Positions 49,936 through 63,724 of a DNA stretch of 64,000 nt are shown here, one piece after another. The translations under genes and the position numbers were made by a program. The stretch spans positions 1,116,001 through 1,180,000 of the forward strand of contig JBLDXI010000015.1 in NCBI GenBank assembly GCA_047495785.1, read 5' to 3'. Each line of letters begins with the position of its first letter. Position 1 is the stretch's first letter. The stretch comes from Lepidodermella squamata (taxonomy: Eukaryota > Animalia > Gastrotricha). The notes under the pieces are model-generated. The model did not search any database, was not told the DNA's origin, and saw nothing but the letters and a program-made list of their open reading frames with translations.

Positions 49936-50964
49936 CCTCAAGCTAAGCCCGGCTCCGAAACAGTAAAGGATAAATTACTATAAAACCGTTAATTGGAATG
50001 TAGAATCCCGAGAATCCCGGAAAACCCCGAGGGTAGGTAATTTTCGGTATTTATTCCTGTTTGACCGGATATTTCGGGCTTCATCCATGATTTACTTTCA
50101 CGTTTGCAAGAATTCAGAATCTACTTGCTATTAGTTAGGACTGCCTTTCCTATTTCGCGTATTTTCTTCTGTTTCCGTTGTGAGTAACTCGTCAATTGTC
50201 GTGTCCTGGCATAGAACTGCTATATTATCCCAGCGGTGCATTAACAGCGATATAGCCCGCATAGACCATAGACTATTTCAAGAATGTAGTTCAGCGCCAC
50301 CGGCAAGAAAAAAAGAGCAACCTCCTGAGCCATCAGACTACAATTTCGGCCGTTAATTCGGCGCAGTTAGATACCGCGCTATCAAAATACTACGATTGCG
50401 CCTTGTATTTTGGCAGGCCCTAATATAAAAACAATGAATGCCCGTTTGTATTACGCTTCACGTGGCCCATGTTAATAAATAGCACCCGTGTTGTTTTTTT
50501 ACCTGATTTTCATCATTGCGCACGGATAAATCCTGAAAATGCAAATCTGCGCCGTGTTGAATAGCCGCGCTTTCATACTGCCGGCTATCAAATGAATCAT
50601 TCATCATTTATATTTTTCAATGCCTACAGTCAGTTTCAAACGATATGTAAGTAGTATGAAATATTAATAAAATTATTTGCCGAATTAAAACGTGGCTAAA
50701 TTAGCAAACCGTCTAATATCGATCGGCGCATTTTCACTGCTATATTATCAGCTGCTGCCTCGTATCACGTTCCAGAGTGCACACTTGATCTTTATTATAT
50801 GATTTTAAAGAATATCTATTTTCACATGTGAAATGCTACTATCAACTGAAAATTGATATGTAAAGCCATCCTATTCTTTCACAACATATAGATTGAAGCT
50901 TTTCCACTTCGTCTATTATCCGTCCAGATCCGGAGTGAAAAATGACCCGATTTTTCGGTAATAA

Positions 50965-53900
50965 ATGACCTCTCGAAATTTTACCTCGGATTTCGAGCGG
51001 GTGCTGGCCGGCTGCCAAAAGGCTTACTCTCTCGAGGAAGAAATATCGCCGAGTGACGAGCTTTACTACGAATGGCGAAACTGGACGAAGTTCCTGGCTG
51101 AAAATAACTACGCTGAATCGGAATTGCCGCCTATTTGCTACGATGACGTCGATTTTTGCCTATTCGGAGCGGCGAAGAGCTGTGTTGTTGTCAAAATGCG
51201 GTGGTGGCGCATTTTTTCCGTCTATTTTCCGCTCGGGCTGATTTTAGGGATTCTCGGCGTGTTGCTCAACTGCATTTCTATCGCTTTAGTAGTAAGGATA
51301 CGGCATTCTTTACCGGTAAATTTTTAAACGCTATCATTTTCATTTTCACGAAAAATTCGAGCAACTACGCACCGTCGAAACAAAATTTATTAAAATTGAA
51401 AAATATGAAAAATTTAAGAGCTAAGCTCACATATTATTGTATTTTTGTTAATTATTTCAGAATTTAATTTGTCATTCCAATTTAAAATTTTCGATGTGTG
51501 TTGAATCAATTTTTTGTCATTTTTTATAGCGTCACGTGATTTTGATCAGCATGTCCCTGTCCGATGCGATTTTGACGAATATGGCGGTGATTCAGCGGTG
51601 GCAGGACTTCCTTAGAGATGGCAGCGCTGCGCTATCTATTATCGACAATTACGTTGGAGTAGTCATGATGGTAAACAATTTCTTTCGAAAAATTTGAAAA
51701 AATTTACGTCAGCATAGATGCCCAACTATGATGCCCAACTACCCTAAAATCTTTATTTTGGCTACTGCTATCATTTTCACTCTTAGATTTTCCCATCGGA
51801 AAAATCGCTAGTTTTTGAAATCGATATCCTATTTCGGACAAATTAATGGCTGGTGTGGTTTGATTTCAGAATTTATATTGATAAGATTTTTGAAAATAGC
51901 TTTTAAAAAATTCCAAGGAAATCATGAAAAGTCCTGCCTGTTGCCTGGTCTTTTTTGCTTTAAATTGATTTTTTTCATTGAAAACCGAAGTAATCACAAG
52001 CGTGTCCCATAATTTGCACAGCCATTTTTCACTATCGCATTTTTTGTAGAAAAATCAAGTCATTTTTTAAAAGAGACTTCCTCTCATCGGACGAACCAAA
52101 TTTTGGAATTTTCTAGTGGCCTGAAATCCCTTTTCGGAATTTTCAAGATTTGCCACTTTAATTCTAAAAAATCACCAGTAAATTCAGCTTAGCATTCTCT
52201 ACAAGACAGAGTGTTCAAGTCGGAACTCATGCTTCGCCTAAAATTCGTAGAATTATTAAAAAAAATGACTCTTGGCATATGTCGACTTTGGTTCCGTAAA
52301 ATTCAAATTAGGTTCCACTCGACGTAAATTTGGTTCCGCTAAAATATATTCTGTTTTTTTTGAATAAACTTATCGGGCGAATCTACTACCCGATTTTACC
52401 GAGCAAATTTTTACCGAACCGAAAAAACCCAGAAAACCTCGATTGTAACTGGCTCGGTATTTTTCGGTATTTTACCCGGCTGGACCCATATTTTTCCGGA
52501 TTTTTCTAACCGATTGAAAAGTGAAATTCTTGACTAGAATTTTCTTGTTATTTTTTTTATTTTATTTTTATTTTATTTTTATTTTATTTTATTTTATTTT
52601 ATTTGATATTTCCGAACATGGGATAGGACTTCACCTTCACCTCTCATTATAGACTTTCTGATTCCTTTTTACGATTTTTCTCATTTTGCGTTATTTATGG
52701 GAAATTAGTCAGAGAAATTCAGGGAATTCATCCTTGGTCTTTTTGACTTGAAATAGCGAGTGATCAATTTCAACTATTAATTTGACCGTTTAGGCGACGT
52801 GGTTCGTATCGACGGTGAGCCTACTCCTGCTAGCTATCGACTGCTTTCTGGTCACGCATTTTGTATTCGCCTACGACAAGCCATCAACCTTACTCGCGAT
52901 TCGCCTCGTCGTCGTTTTCCTGTGGCTAACTGCTTTCGCCTCATCTTGCGTTCTCGTCATCTTCGAAATCAACTACTCGAAATTCTTTCAATACGCCATA
53001 GTCGGTCTCCTCATAGCAATACTTATCGCCCTGGCTGGCCTGTCAATCGATACGTTCTTGACGACGGAGAGGATTCGAATTCAAAGGCATCGATCGTTGA
53101 AACATTTCTTGAAAGCGAGATCGACGGAACGGCGGAGTCGCCTCAGATCTGTTACGACGATTGCGATTTTAGTTGGCAGTTCTTACCTGTGCTGCTTGCC
53201 TTTCGTTATCTTGTTCTTTCTTCAAGAATTTCATGCTATTGACGGCCGGCTATATATTTCGTAAGTATAGAGAGAAGTACCAGGAATTTTACTGAAATTA
53301 ACTTGGTGTTAGGACCGCTTCGAGTCATAATTACAAGCTAAATACATAATTTTCGAAAAATCGGGAAAATTAATACAATTTTCATAGAAAAAATTGAATT
53401 ACCTATTTATAAAATTTAGATTTTTAAATTTTTATAAAATTTTGGTATTTAATGATATTTGAGTGAAAAAATTGTAAAAAATTACACATTTCTGAAAGTG
53501 AAAAACTTGCAAACCAAGTTTTTGAAAATCCTTGGAAAACTGTCATTTGACGTTACATAGGTTGGTAGACAGTTGAGCAGTGGCTTTTCAGCAAATTCAG
53601 ATTTTTCCCCGCAATTGCCGATAAAATGGTGGAATTGAGGAAACATTAAAAAAGGAGATAATGTGGGAAAAAACCTTCGAATTTCGCAAATTTGCTAAAT
53701 TGTTTGGGACAATCAGAGTCACAAAAAAACCCGGAAAACTCAGCAAAATCCAGCCAAATCCGTGAAACATGATGAGACGATTCCATGTCTATTCGACCGA
53801 TGACCAAACCAGGCTTTCGAATTGTTGACGGATCACAAAAATAAACCCCACGCTAAATCATAGCAGCGGTAGTCAAGGGGCTCGTTCTCGCTACCTGTGA

Positions 53901-54721
53901 GGTTTCCTGGCGTGATATTTTTACTGGATATTCATCTCGATGGTCCCAGAATGCAGACGTATTCCGTATTCTGGGCCTGAGTCGTCAACTTTCAATTTTT
54001 CAGAATTTTTTAGATATCCTTGAAAAATGGGTTAAAAGTGGGTATGAAGGCTTTTTTTGCTGGTTTTTTTCTGAAGGCTTCGCAACATCGTATTAAGTGT
54101 AAAAGTTGTAAAAGTTTAAAGGTGTGGATGCCAGGGTGGTGTAATTCCATTTATTGGTGTCGCGAGCTCGTGTCGCGGGGTGGGCGACTGAACGACTTTC
54201 CAAAAATAGAAAAAAATTATTTTGAAGCGTAGAAAAACCTGGCGCTGAGTTTTTCCGGCACGCGACTGACTCGATGCAAAAAATAGTTGTAAGCCATTTT
54301 TTTCTATTTTAGGCAAGTCGTTGAAAAATTATTTTTGAAAAATTGTCCGATCGCTTGGTAAAAAAAGAACAATTAATTTTTATTGATTTCATCAATTTTT
54401 TAATTGTTAATTCTCATTCTAATTTTCAGAACGATCATCTGCGTGATATGCTTTCAATGCAATAACATCATTAACCCGATCGTTTATTCACTGCGATTCG
54501 GCGACGTTCGAGCTCAACTGCGCCGCGAGCTAACCCACAGCCGATTGCTGTCGCCCCTCGCCAAACTCATCGGCATGCGCAGCAGCCAATCGTCAAATTT
54601 CACCGCAACCGGTATCGACGCTTCAGAACTTTTACGCAGCAAAACCATCAACTCGTTCTCACGAGATATACCGGCTATTGATGATGATAATAACAATTTT
54701 CAACAACAGAGCGAAATGTGA
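50965..54721 (+). CDS. Class A GPCR G5 (4 exons)
   Basis: MSLSDA, AIDCF, CCLP, NPIVYSLR. Confidence 0.85.
52085..52351 (-). mobile_element. Partial copy of the agcggaac-repeat MITE
   Basis: Reverse complement matches ~58014-58272. Confidence 0.65.
52555..52605. repeat. (ATTTT)n microsatellite
   Basis: Direct reading. Confidence 0.8.
54173..54322 (+). mobile_element. Diverged copy of the 17502 MITE
   Basis: Shares tcgcggggtgggcgac.gaacgac and gcgctga.tttttccggcacgcgactgact. Confidence 0.65.
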
Positions 54722-57203
54722 ACGAAAATGAATAAAAAAATTATTTTTTTATCGGCGGGAAAAGAACGATTTCTGGATTAAAAAAAACCATTTTTTTCGC
54801 GTACTTAGTGACGTATATCAATCGATTTGTCCTTCGCCAGGCGTTAAACTGATATAGGTCTCTAAACACGTTTTTTTAATCGTTTTTTTTCGATAAATAC
54901 CCATTGGCGGGGATTATTGAGCGCGAAGGTGATTTTTTGCACACACAGTCTTTTGTTCTGCTACCTGCTCGAGCAGCGTGCAATACGAAGAGCAGCAGCA
55001 CGCGTTTTTCGAGTATCATCTAAAATAACTACGAAAAATTTTTGTTCGATGAGTGCAACATGATGTTTCGAGCTGCACACGCGTTTTTATGGCCTGTTGA
55101 CGGCTCGCATCAAGTTTTACACACACACATACACAAATAATAATAATAACGATAATCTCTCCGCGTTCTCTCTCGGCTATTCTCTATTATTGCTATCCAT
55201 TTTCCACTATAAATGGCCGGTTTTTATTTCTCGTTTTTTTTTCATTCCGCATTGATGTTATTGTAGGCATCAACGGTGTCAATTATACCACCGCCTGCCA
55301 TTCAATACCGGCCGGAAATAACAGCTCGGCTGAAAAATTGATCGCCGCCGTCAAATGCCTTTAACATCACAGCCTATAGCTATTAATGGCTTCCTTCATG
55401 CAATATCATTATCGTGGATTTTTTGTATCCCTAGACGTATATTTAATATATTTACCAAGGGCAATTTTTTTTCGCCACGTTTGCGTTTACACAATTTATG
55501 AATCGATATACATGTGTGTCATTTTGCGCCGACACCTAAAATTTAGCTGAGCCGATAATTCCTTAGATTTACTGGAAACAATTTCCGAATAATCGGATTT
55601 TTATTTAGTTAATCCGTTTTTCGAGGATTGGTCCTCGTTTTCCTTGAATTCTCAATTAATCCTAATTTAGAAATTGTAGGGAATTTTTTTTTATTTAAGG
55701 TTATTTCATTCGAAATAATTTCATTTGAAAATTAACAATTTTAAGTAGGTGCCCCAATTATTTATTTCCGTCGCATTTAAATTTTTACAGAATATCAGCC
55801 AAATTTCGTTTGACCTCGGGGAATTTTTTCTAATTTGATAATACGAAATTTGATTTGATCACAAAGCGTCGCTGAGTCACGAATTAAGGACTATGCCTAT
55901 GCCTATATGATCCGCGCGCGCGTAATTTGATCGTCGCCCCAAGGCACAGGTATTTAGTTGAGCCAATTAAGTATTATCAAATGAGTTGCCTATTTATACG
56001 AGTGCTCGAATTCGGGACTTTTTCAGATAAAAATTAGCATTATTGATTCGGCAAGTGTTTGTGATTCATACCCATCACTGATGTCGATGGGGGAAATACC
56101 TGGTTTTCACCTATAAAAATGGTGAATAACCGTCGCTTGTTGGCATAGAACATTTTATTTTTACGATTAAAGTTTAAAATAATTCGATTTTTTTGAAAAA
56201 AAAGAATTTATATTGAGAATCTATTTTGAGAATATTTGCGAAAAAATTATTAGGTATAGACGAAAAATACCGCTAGTACACTTTGGGCTTGGTTTTTGAA
56301 TAGGGTGGATTTTTTTATTTAGATTTTTTCATTAAATTCTGCCTCTTACCGAATTGCGTTTTGCCATTAAACGAAGGTGAATCTATTGGAACTCGAAGAT
56401 GAAACGATTAGTCTATTTTTTAGGCCATACAATCATTAAAATCGGAGGAAATTCTAAACTTTTTCATTTTGCGCGAATATTACGAAAAAATACAGCTTTT
56501 GACTCTGTAGGAAAATTTACAATTTTCAGTGTAAATTCAAAATTAGAATGAAAATTGTAACGCGAATTGAAACTCATGAGCCAACCAATGATTATGCATC
56601 AAAAATATTTTCCCAAGTCAAGAAAAACATTGCCCACCTTTGTTTGAAAATTCAGAGCTAAATTTCATTTTAATCATACGAAAAGCTTGGCTTTATTGTT
56701 ATCACTCATTAAAGTAAATTTTTTAATAAATTAGAAATAAATTTGGAGACAGTGAAAAAAATTGACCTATCTATTTTCTAAAAACTGCCCAATCTAATGA
56801 TTAGAACGCTAAAGTTTTGTTTTTCTAGCGAGGAAAAAAACTGCCATAAGCCCCGGCAAAAAATGCTACTCGAAGCCTTTCTCAGGAATTTTTATTTAAT
56901 TCAATTATTTATCCTTATAAAGGTCTTACTTAAAAAAAAATCTGCTCTTATTATTTACCCGCGACGATTTTTTTCATAGCCGCACGTGTACAATGGAGAT
57001 GGTTACATACGAGAATAACCACTATCCTCTTCCTATATGCGAAAGCCTTCGCCTTTGTTTACCTAGGCAATAACTCAACTTATTACAACCTCATCGTATT
57101 CTATATACCTAGGCAGGTTATATACCGAAGACACATATACTACAGGAAAAAAGGCCTTCCTTATATTTTTATACGATGAACCTGATGGGACTTGATAAGC
57201 AAC

Positions 57204-60200
57204 ATGGAGTCAACTGCTGAAACAACGACAACAATCGAGCCCGATCTAGAAAATGCGCAAGATCACTGGGCGAATTGGACGCGTTTCCTCGTTGACGAAG
57301 GCTTCGAAGGGCGCAATTACATTATACCATGCGGCCCGTCAGTTAATACGTCCGGATTTGACGAATCAAAAGAATGCGTGTATGAACTGCAACGGCTGTG
57401 GTACATCTACCTGGTCTATTTAGTATTCGCGTGCATTTTAGCCACCCTTGGGTTGTTGCTTAATAGCATTTCTATTATGCTGGTTTCAAAAGTTCGCCGA
57501 CCTTTACCGGTATATTTTTTCAAAATTTTTCGGGATTTTTAATGATTTTTCGATATTTTTTCTTCAGAGGCATATTCTGTTGATAAATTTGTCAATATCC
57601 GATGCTGCCCTTAGCTGTATAACAATAATCAAACGGTCGTCAGATTTTATTCCCGATGGCAAGGTTCAGGAGATCATTCTGCTTCATGGCAATATCATCT
57701 GGCAGGTAAGCATGAGATTCTTGCGGTTTTTATAGATAATTTATATTCACAAGAAATAATTCATTCGAGCGAAAAATTTGAAAAGCATTGAATATCGAAG
57801 GCATAGCTTGATAAAAGGCTGAATCCAAAAGCGTTAATTGAATTGAAAAATTATTTTGCTTACCTTTTTTAAATCTCGGAATATTTTAGATTTTCCTATA
57901 TTATTCGAAAATTCGGCTAAAATTTCCTTAGAAACTTAAAGTTATTCGAAATCTTCTCTCGCTGAAAGTTGGATTCAATTGATCCAAGTAATATTCTCTA
58001 ATTTTGAAAAAGGAATATCTTTTAGCGGAACCAAATTTACGGTGAGCGGAACTTAATTTGCTGTAGCGGAACAAAAATGCTTTTAGCGGAACCAAAGTCG
58101 AAATATGCCAAGAGTCAGTTTTTGAATATTTATACGAATTTTAGGCTAAGCATGAATTGAATTGAACACTCTGTCTGATATAGAATGTTGGAATTATCGT
58201 GGCCAATCTTGACCTGCAATAATTATCCGAAAAGCGATTTCAGGCCTCTAGAAAAGTCTAAAATTTTGTTCCGCTAACTGCATGTTTGGTTCCGCTACAG
58301 CAAATTAGGTTCCGCTCACCGTAAATTTGGTTGCGCTAACAGGAGGACCCATTTTGAAAATTTAAGCTGAAAATCTCAAAGGAGGAGATTTTAGCTTGGA
58401 GGAATAGACATGGAGTGAGGACTCGCCTATTATAGAGATCGTATCGCGCGCACGACGGGGGGCCCACCGCCTGCCTCACATGCGCGCGCGAGATGAGGAA
58501 ACGGCAGCACGTTGGTACCATTTTTTTCGCCAATTTTTAGGATATTTAGCTGCAATTTGACATGTGGATAGTAGAAAGCGAGACGTACCGGTACATCTAA
58601 AAATTATTTTACTCTGACCCAGGATTAGGGAGAAACTTGAAAAATACGTGAGCGCCTATGTTTTTAATGCTGCTGCGCAATACAAAACCTTGCGGTACCA
58701 TTTATTTCTTAACAGTAAAAGATGTTTCAATAAAATTTGGTATAGTTATAGACATTAGTGAATCCTACCGGTACATCAAAAAACGGCATCTATGCGATTC
58801 ACGGTTGCTGAGAAATCACGCATCAAAGTTTTAAAAAATGTGCGCGCGCCCTAGGTCACGTGAGCCAGAACAATGCGGGCGCCCTACTGAGCCACTCACC
58901 CTTTGCTGACTGATAGTGCGCGCAGATAAAGCGAGTCCTCACTCCATGTACTATTACTCCAAGGATTTTAGCCTTTGGGATAAAATTTACTTGTGGTGAT
59001 GACCCAGAAACAGAGCCGAGCGTGGAACATTTAATAGGCTGGAAAGTAATTTTCTACATTTTCGAGGACTCCCCTAGCTGCAGAGGGCACAGTGATTCAT
59101 TTTGGGGCATTTTTTGGCTTCGAATTTTTGGTTTGAAATTGAGCGTAGTGGCCTATTCGACTGTCTCCAGCTGTACATTTTTATCAAGGGTCATTATCAA
59201 AAATGGCAAAAAATAAAGAATTCTTTACTGTGACCTTCTTAGTCAACCGGCCTAATAACGTTATTTTCTCCTCAAAAGTTTTCAATTCAATCAACTTTAT
59301 CTACTTTCTAATTCAGGCCTTGCCATTTGAAAAATTGATAAATTTTTTGATTTCCCCCCAAGTGTTCAACATTGAGGCAATTAGAATATTCAAATTTCCT
59401 GCATATTTATGTAAATTTTAAATCCTATATATCGGGTAAGAGTTTCGATCCAACTGCCTACTTATATATTGGATGGATAAAATTTCATTTATAATGCCAT
59501 GTTTTGTCTTGCAGACTCTATGGCTAGTATCCGCCTCCAACATACTACTGCTTTCACTCGACTGCTTCATATCAACGAGCTTCGTGTTTCACTACGAACG
59601 GCCATCGCTGCGCCTCGCCAGCCGCCTGCAAGTCGCCGGCGTATGGCTCGGCGCCCTCACCGTCGCTAGTCTTCTCTTCTTCTTCGAATACTCGTACTCG
59701 CCGAATACCATCTACTGGGTGGCCGGTTTAGAATTAGCCATTTTATTATCTCTCATTGCTCAATCAGTATACGCCTTCGTCCTAACCGAGCGACTACGGC
59801 AGCAACGCATGTCATTAGACAGGTCCAGGTAATAGTTATAAAAAACTCTTTCATTTGCTTCCATAGCTTCAATGTTACCTTAATTTGATACATAGTATTG
59901 TACGAAAAAGCCGGCAAAAGTCGCTGAAGACCATTGCAATAGTGCTAATAGCTACGCTTATCAGTTGGACGCCTTTAACCGCTTTCTATGTTGCTGTTGC
60001 CGAAACTGGAGCGATTGGTTACGATCGGTTCAAAACTCAAGTCACGTAAGTCTTTTCGATAAATCGCTAACAATCTTAGGCTAGTATGTATAGTATGGTA
60101 TAGTGTAGCTGGTATAGGTAATTGCTGTAGGACCTAATATTAGTAGCGCTGGTAACTTTCTTACTTGACTCTCTAATAATCCTCAAAAATTCGCTTCGAA

Positions 60201-61262
60201 AAGATTGTGTCCAGCTAACAACAATCTATGTATAATCTGTGAGATCTATGTCCTTGGCCATTGGCCATTAGGCTCGTTTCGGGACTTGGGATCATTCTGA
60301 GAATGTCTCGGAAGTTCCAGTACATCTTAGAGTGTACTAGGGAAAACTGATTCCTCTACACGTTTCAAGGCTGATTTCAACGTTAAACCTACGGTCGCCT
60401 TAGTCTGCATTTTAGGATTGAGCAGATTACAATTTATTTGTACTGTCTCAAACAACATGCAAACTGTCTCAACTTCAAGAGAAAACTTCTTGCTAACAAA
60501 TGTTGTCCATTTCAAGCTTCAAGAACGTCCATTTCAAGAAACGGGCTCCATTTCCAGATTCAGGAATCTGTGCAAAAACTGGAAGATATGATTGCGTTAA
60601 GAACTTGGAAGGTCCTTTTACAATAACGAAGCTGAATCGTAGTGTTCTGTTGCCATTAGCGGGGTATTTTTTCTATTAGCCTGGCAGGCCTTAGGGACTT
60701 GGTTTAGAGCAATAGAGCAAAACAGTAATTTTGGATAACTAGATGCTCAAGAAGTTCCCTGGAGGAATAAGCTTGGAGGGAGGTTTGATTGTGGATTTTT
60801 TACTGATGCACCTGAACGCCATTGATTGATGTATGAGCGGAACTAAGAATCAGATACGGCAGGTTGAACGTGATAATTTGATTAATGAATTTGTGCTTTT
60901 TATATAATAACTACAACAGAGTTGCCCTCTGCATGATCTGCTTCCACTTCAATGCCGTCGTAAACCCGATAGTCTACTCGCTGCGATTCACCGACGTGCG
61001 CGCTGTTCTGCAACTGCAGTTGGTGAGAAAGCAGTATTTACAACCGTTAGGGCGCCTGCTGCGCCGCAACACCAACAACAATTATAACGAACACGCTGGA
61101 TCGATTCGAAGCGGAGATTATTCGGTGAGGCCGTCGATACGCAACTGCGCCGAGGTGCCGCTTGTTAGCGCAGCAGCGAATGGGAACGGCAAAAAACTAC
61201 AGCTACCTAGTGATACCATCAGCGGTGTAGAAAAAGCTATTAACGAACAAGATCGTTTGTAA
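57204..61262 (+). CDS. Class A GPCR G6 (5 exons)
   Basis: NLSISDA, SLDCF, SWTP, NPIVYSLR. Confidence 0.85.
58014..58345. mobile_element. MITE with inverted agcggaac subterminal repeats
   Basis: ttagcggaaccaaatttacggtgagcggaac at the left end is inverted at 58295-58339. Confidence 0.7.
58395..58963. mobile_element. MITE (569 bp) with 8-bp TSD
   Basis: TIR cttggag.aatag.acatggagtgaggactcgc; TSD gattttag at 58387-58394 and 58964-58971. Confidence 0.85.
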
Positions 61263-61537
61263 CTAGACACCGTCAACCACAGCCGGTGATTTATTATGTA
61301 CTAAAGCCTTATTCTAATGAATAAATTACGATGATTTTTTTGCTACCTACATTTTTATTTTCGTTGTTTACATTGATAACATCATTACTACTAGAGCAGT
61401 AATTTTTAATTTCCCACGTATCTATTCAAAACGGGCTATTAACTCCGGACGCTGAATAGCCGTCGTAAAGAGAAGGCGCTTTCTGCGGGCAGCTTACACG
61501 CTATCACTAACTGAGATTTTAACACGATTACATACAC

Positions 61538-63724
61538 ATGCTGATACAGGACGAAAGCAGCCATCCTATACCTCACTTCTCGAACGAAACCCTCGTCTGC
61601 CACAACCACTCGCACATCAATGAATCATCGCTGCCTGATATCGTGCGATCGTGGCGCAATTGGACTGATTTTCTAGCTAAGAACGACATTCACGACTACA
61701 GCGGGCTGCCTTACATGTGCACATATGACGCGGCGGATTGCTACTTCGACGACGCAACAGCCTGCGTTGAGCACTACCTGCAAAAACGGCCCTACTTCAT
61801 TTGCTACATAGTCTTCGCGTGTGTCATAGTCTTCTTCGGTCTGGTGCTGAATTTTGTGTCAATCCTGCTTGTCGCCCGCATTCGGCACACCATGCCGCGG
61901 CATGTCATACTGATCAGCATATCGATATCAGATCCGTTGCTAAGTGCCGTCACCATACTGACGCAATGCACGGATTTTCTACCTCCTGGGCCGCTCGTTC
62001 GTGTCTTCTTCAATTTCAGCTACGTCACAATGCTCGTAAGTCTTCTATTTCGTTAAGCATTCCGCATTCGGCTGAAAGATGATGCATTCGTCATTTCGTT
62101 AGTGTTGAAATTTTGCGGGACTGGAAGATTTTTCAAACCCCCCAATAACACATTTTGTAGAGGCTATCGATTTTTTACTCATGTTTTTCAAGGCTCCTCC
62201 GCTTTTATTTCTAGTTTTTCATCATTCTTTCATGCTTCCTCTAAATTAGGCCGATATATCCAGTGAAATACTACTTACAGCCTTGAAAACTTGATTTCTT
62301 CATGAACCGTTTGGATCTAAAAAATTCTATGTTTTCTGGATGGCCGAAATCTGGGGCCAAATCAAGGTTGAAACTTCATGCTAATTCGCAGCTGGTAATG
62401 AGTGCGAGCATTGCAAAGCAAAAACTTGGAAACAGAAAAACTGGGTTGCATTTAGGAGCAATGGTTGTTGACCGATGACAAAAGTTTAAATAAATTTACG
62501 TGTGCTCAACAGAAATTAGATCTACCTAAAGCGGACGGCGGGTTTACTGGAAAGGTTAAAATTTAGTGGGTGCTTCAAGAGTGCATTATCGGAACCTTGC
62601 TAGAACTTGCTAGAGTAGAGCGTAGAGAAGATAAAATGCAGGAACAGCTGAAAAATTTGCATAAACTTGACGTGAAGCCTAGAATTATTGTAAACCGAGA
62701 TAAAATGGCAAAATCGCCAAAATTGCGTAAAGTATCACTGCCAACTTTAAGCTGCCTGTTTTGATTCCCGAAGAATCCTCTCCAGCGACCAGCGCCCTAT
62801 TCCCTATTACATTACAAATTCTTCACTAAGGGATTCATGTTACGTCGATTGCACATTCAATTTTTGATTTTTCTATGTTTTTCGTTTCCTCTAGACATTT
62901 TGGATCATTTCGACTTTCAGCCTTCTATTGCTTGCTCTCGACTGCTTCTTCGCTACTCGCTTCGTTTTCCTGTACGACAAACCACGAACGCTAACAACGT
63001 TCAAAATCGTAGTCACCGGGCTATGGCTCATAGCACTAGGCTTTTCAATTCTTTCTGTAGAACTGCAACTCGAAGTTTTCGCTGCCTTTCATTACTTCAT
63101 AGTCGGCCTTCTCGGAGCTGTTCTCCTAGCTATCGCAGCGCTTTCATTAGATGCATTCCTTCTCACTGAACGGATTAGGTAAGTTTGAGAAACGGCGAAA
63201 TATTGAATAATTTTACGTTATTTTCAGACATGAAACTGCAATGGTGAGTAAAAGATGGGAGAATGTCACTTCGACTCGTAGAAAATCGCTATGGACCATC
63301 ATTATAATGATGGGAAGTTCATTATTCTGCTGGTGCCCCTACATCGTCTACTTCGTAGTTGACGAATTCAAACTCATGGACGATTACATGCAGCAATACA
63401 TACTGTAAGGCATCTCAGTGATTGAATGATAAATTTCCAAATGTTTCCTCTTTCAGTTTGATCGCCTGCGTTCTGATTTTTCAAACGAACGCTCTAATCA
63501 ACCCCGTAGTTTACTCGCTGAGATTCGGCGACGTTCGGGCTCAATTACGGCGTGAATTAGTCCGTCAAGAATGTTTAAAGCCCATTGGACGGATGTTTCG
63601 CGTTCGAGCTGGCAGTTTCGGCCGTGATTTTTCTGAAGCGTCTTTCGAGTTGGTTCGAGTGAGAAATAGAATAAGCTCATTTGCTTTACCACAGCAAGCA
63701 ACATTAGTGCCGGCTGAAGGCTGA
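61538..63724 (+). CDS. Class A GPCR G7 (4 exons)
   Basis: ISISDP, ALDCF, CWCP, NPVVYSLR. Confidence 0.85.
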
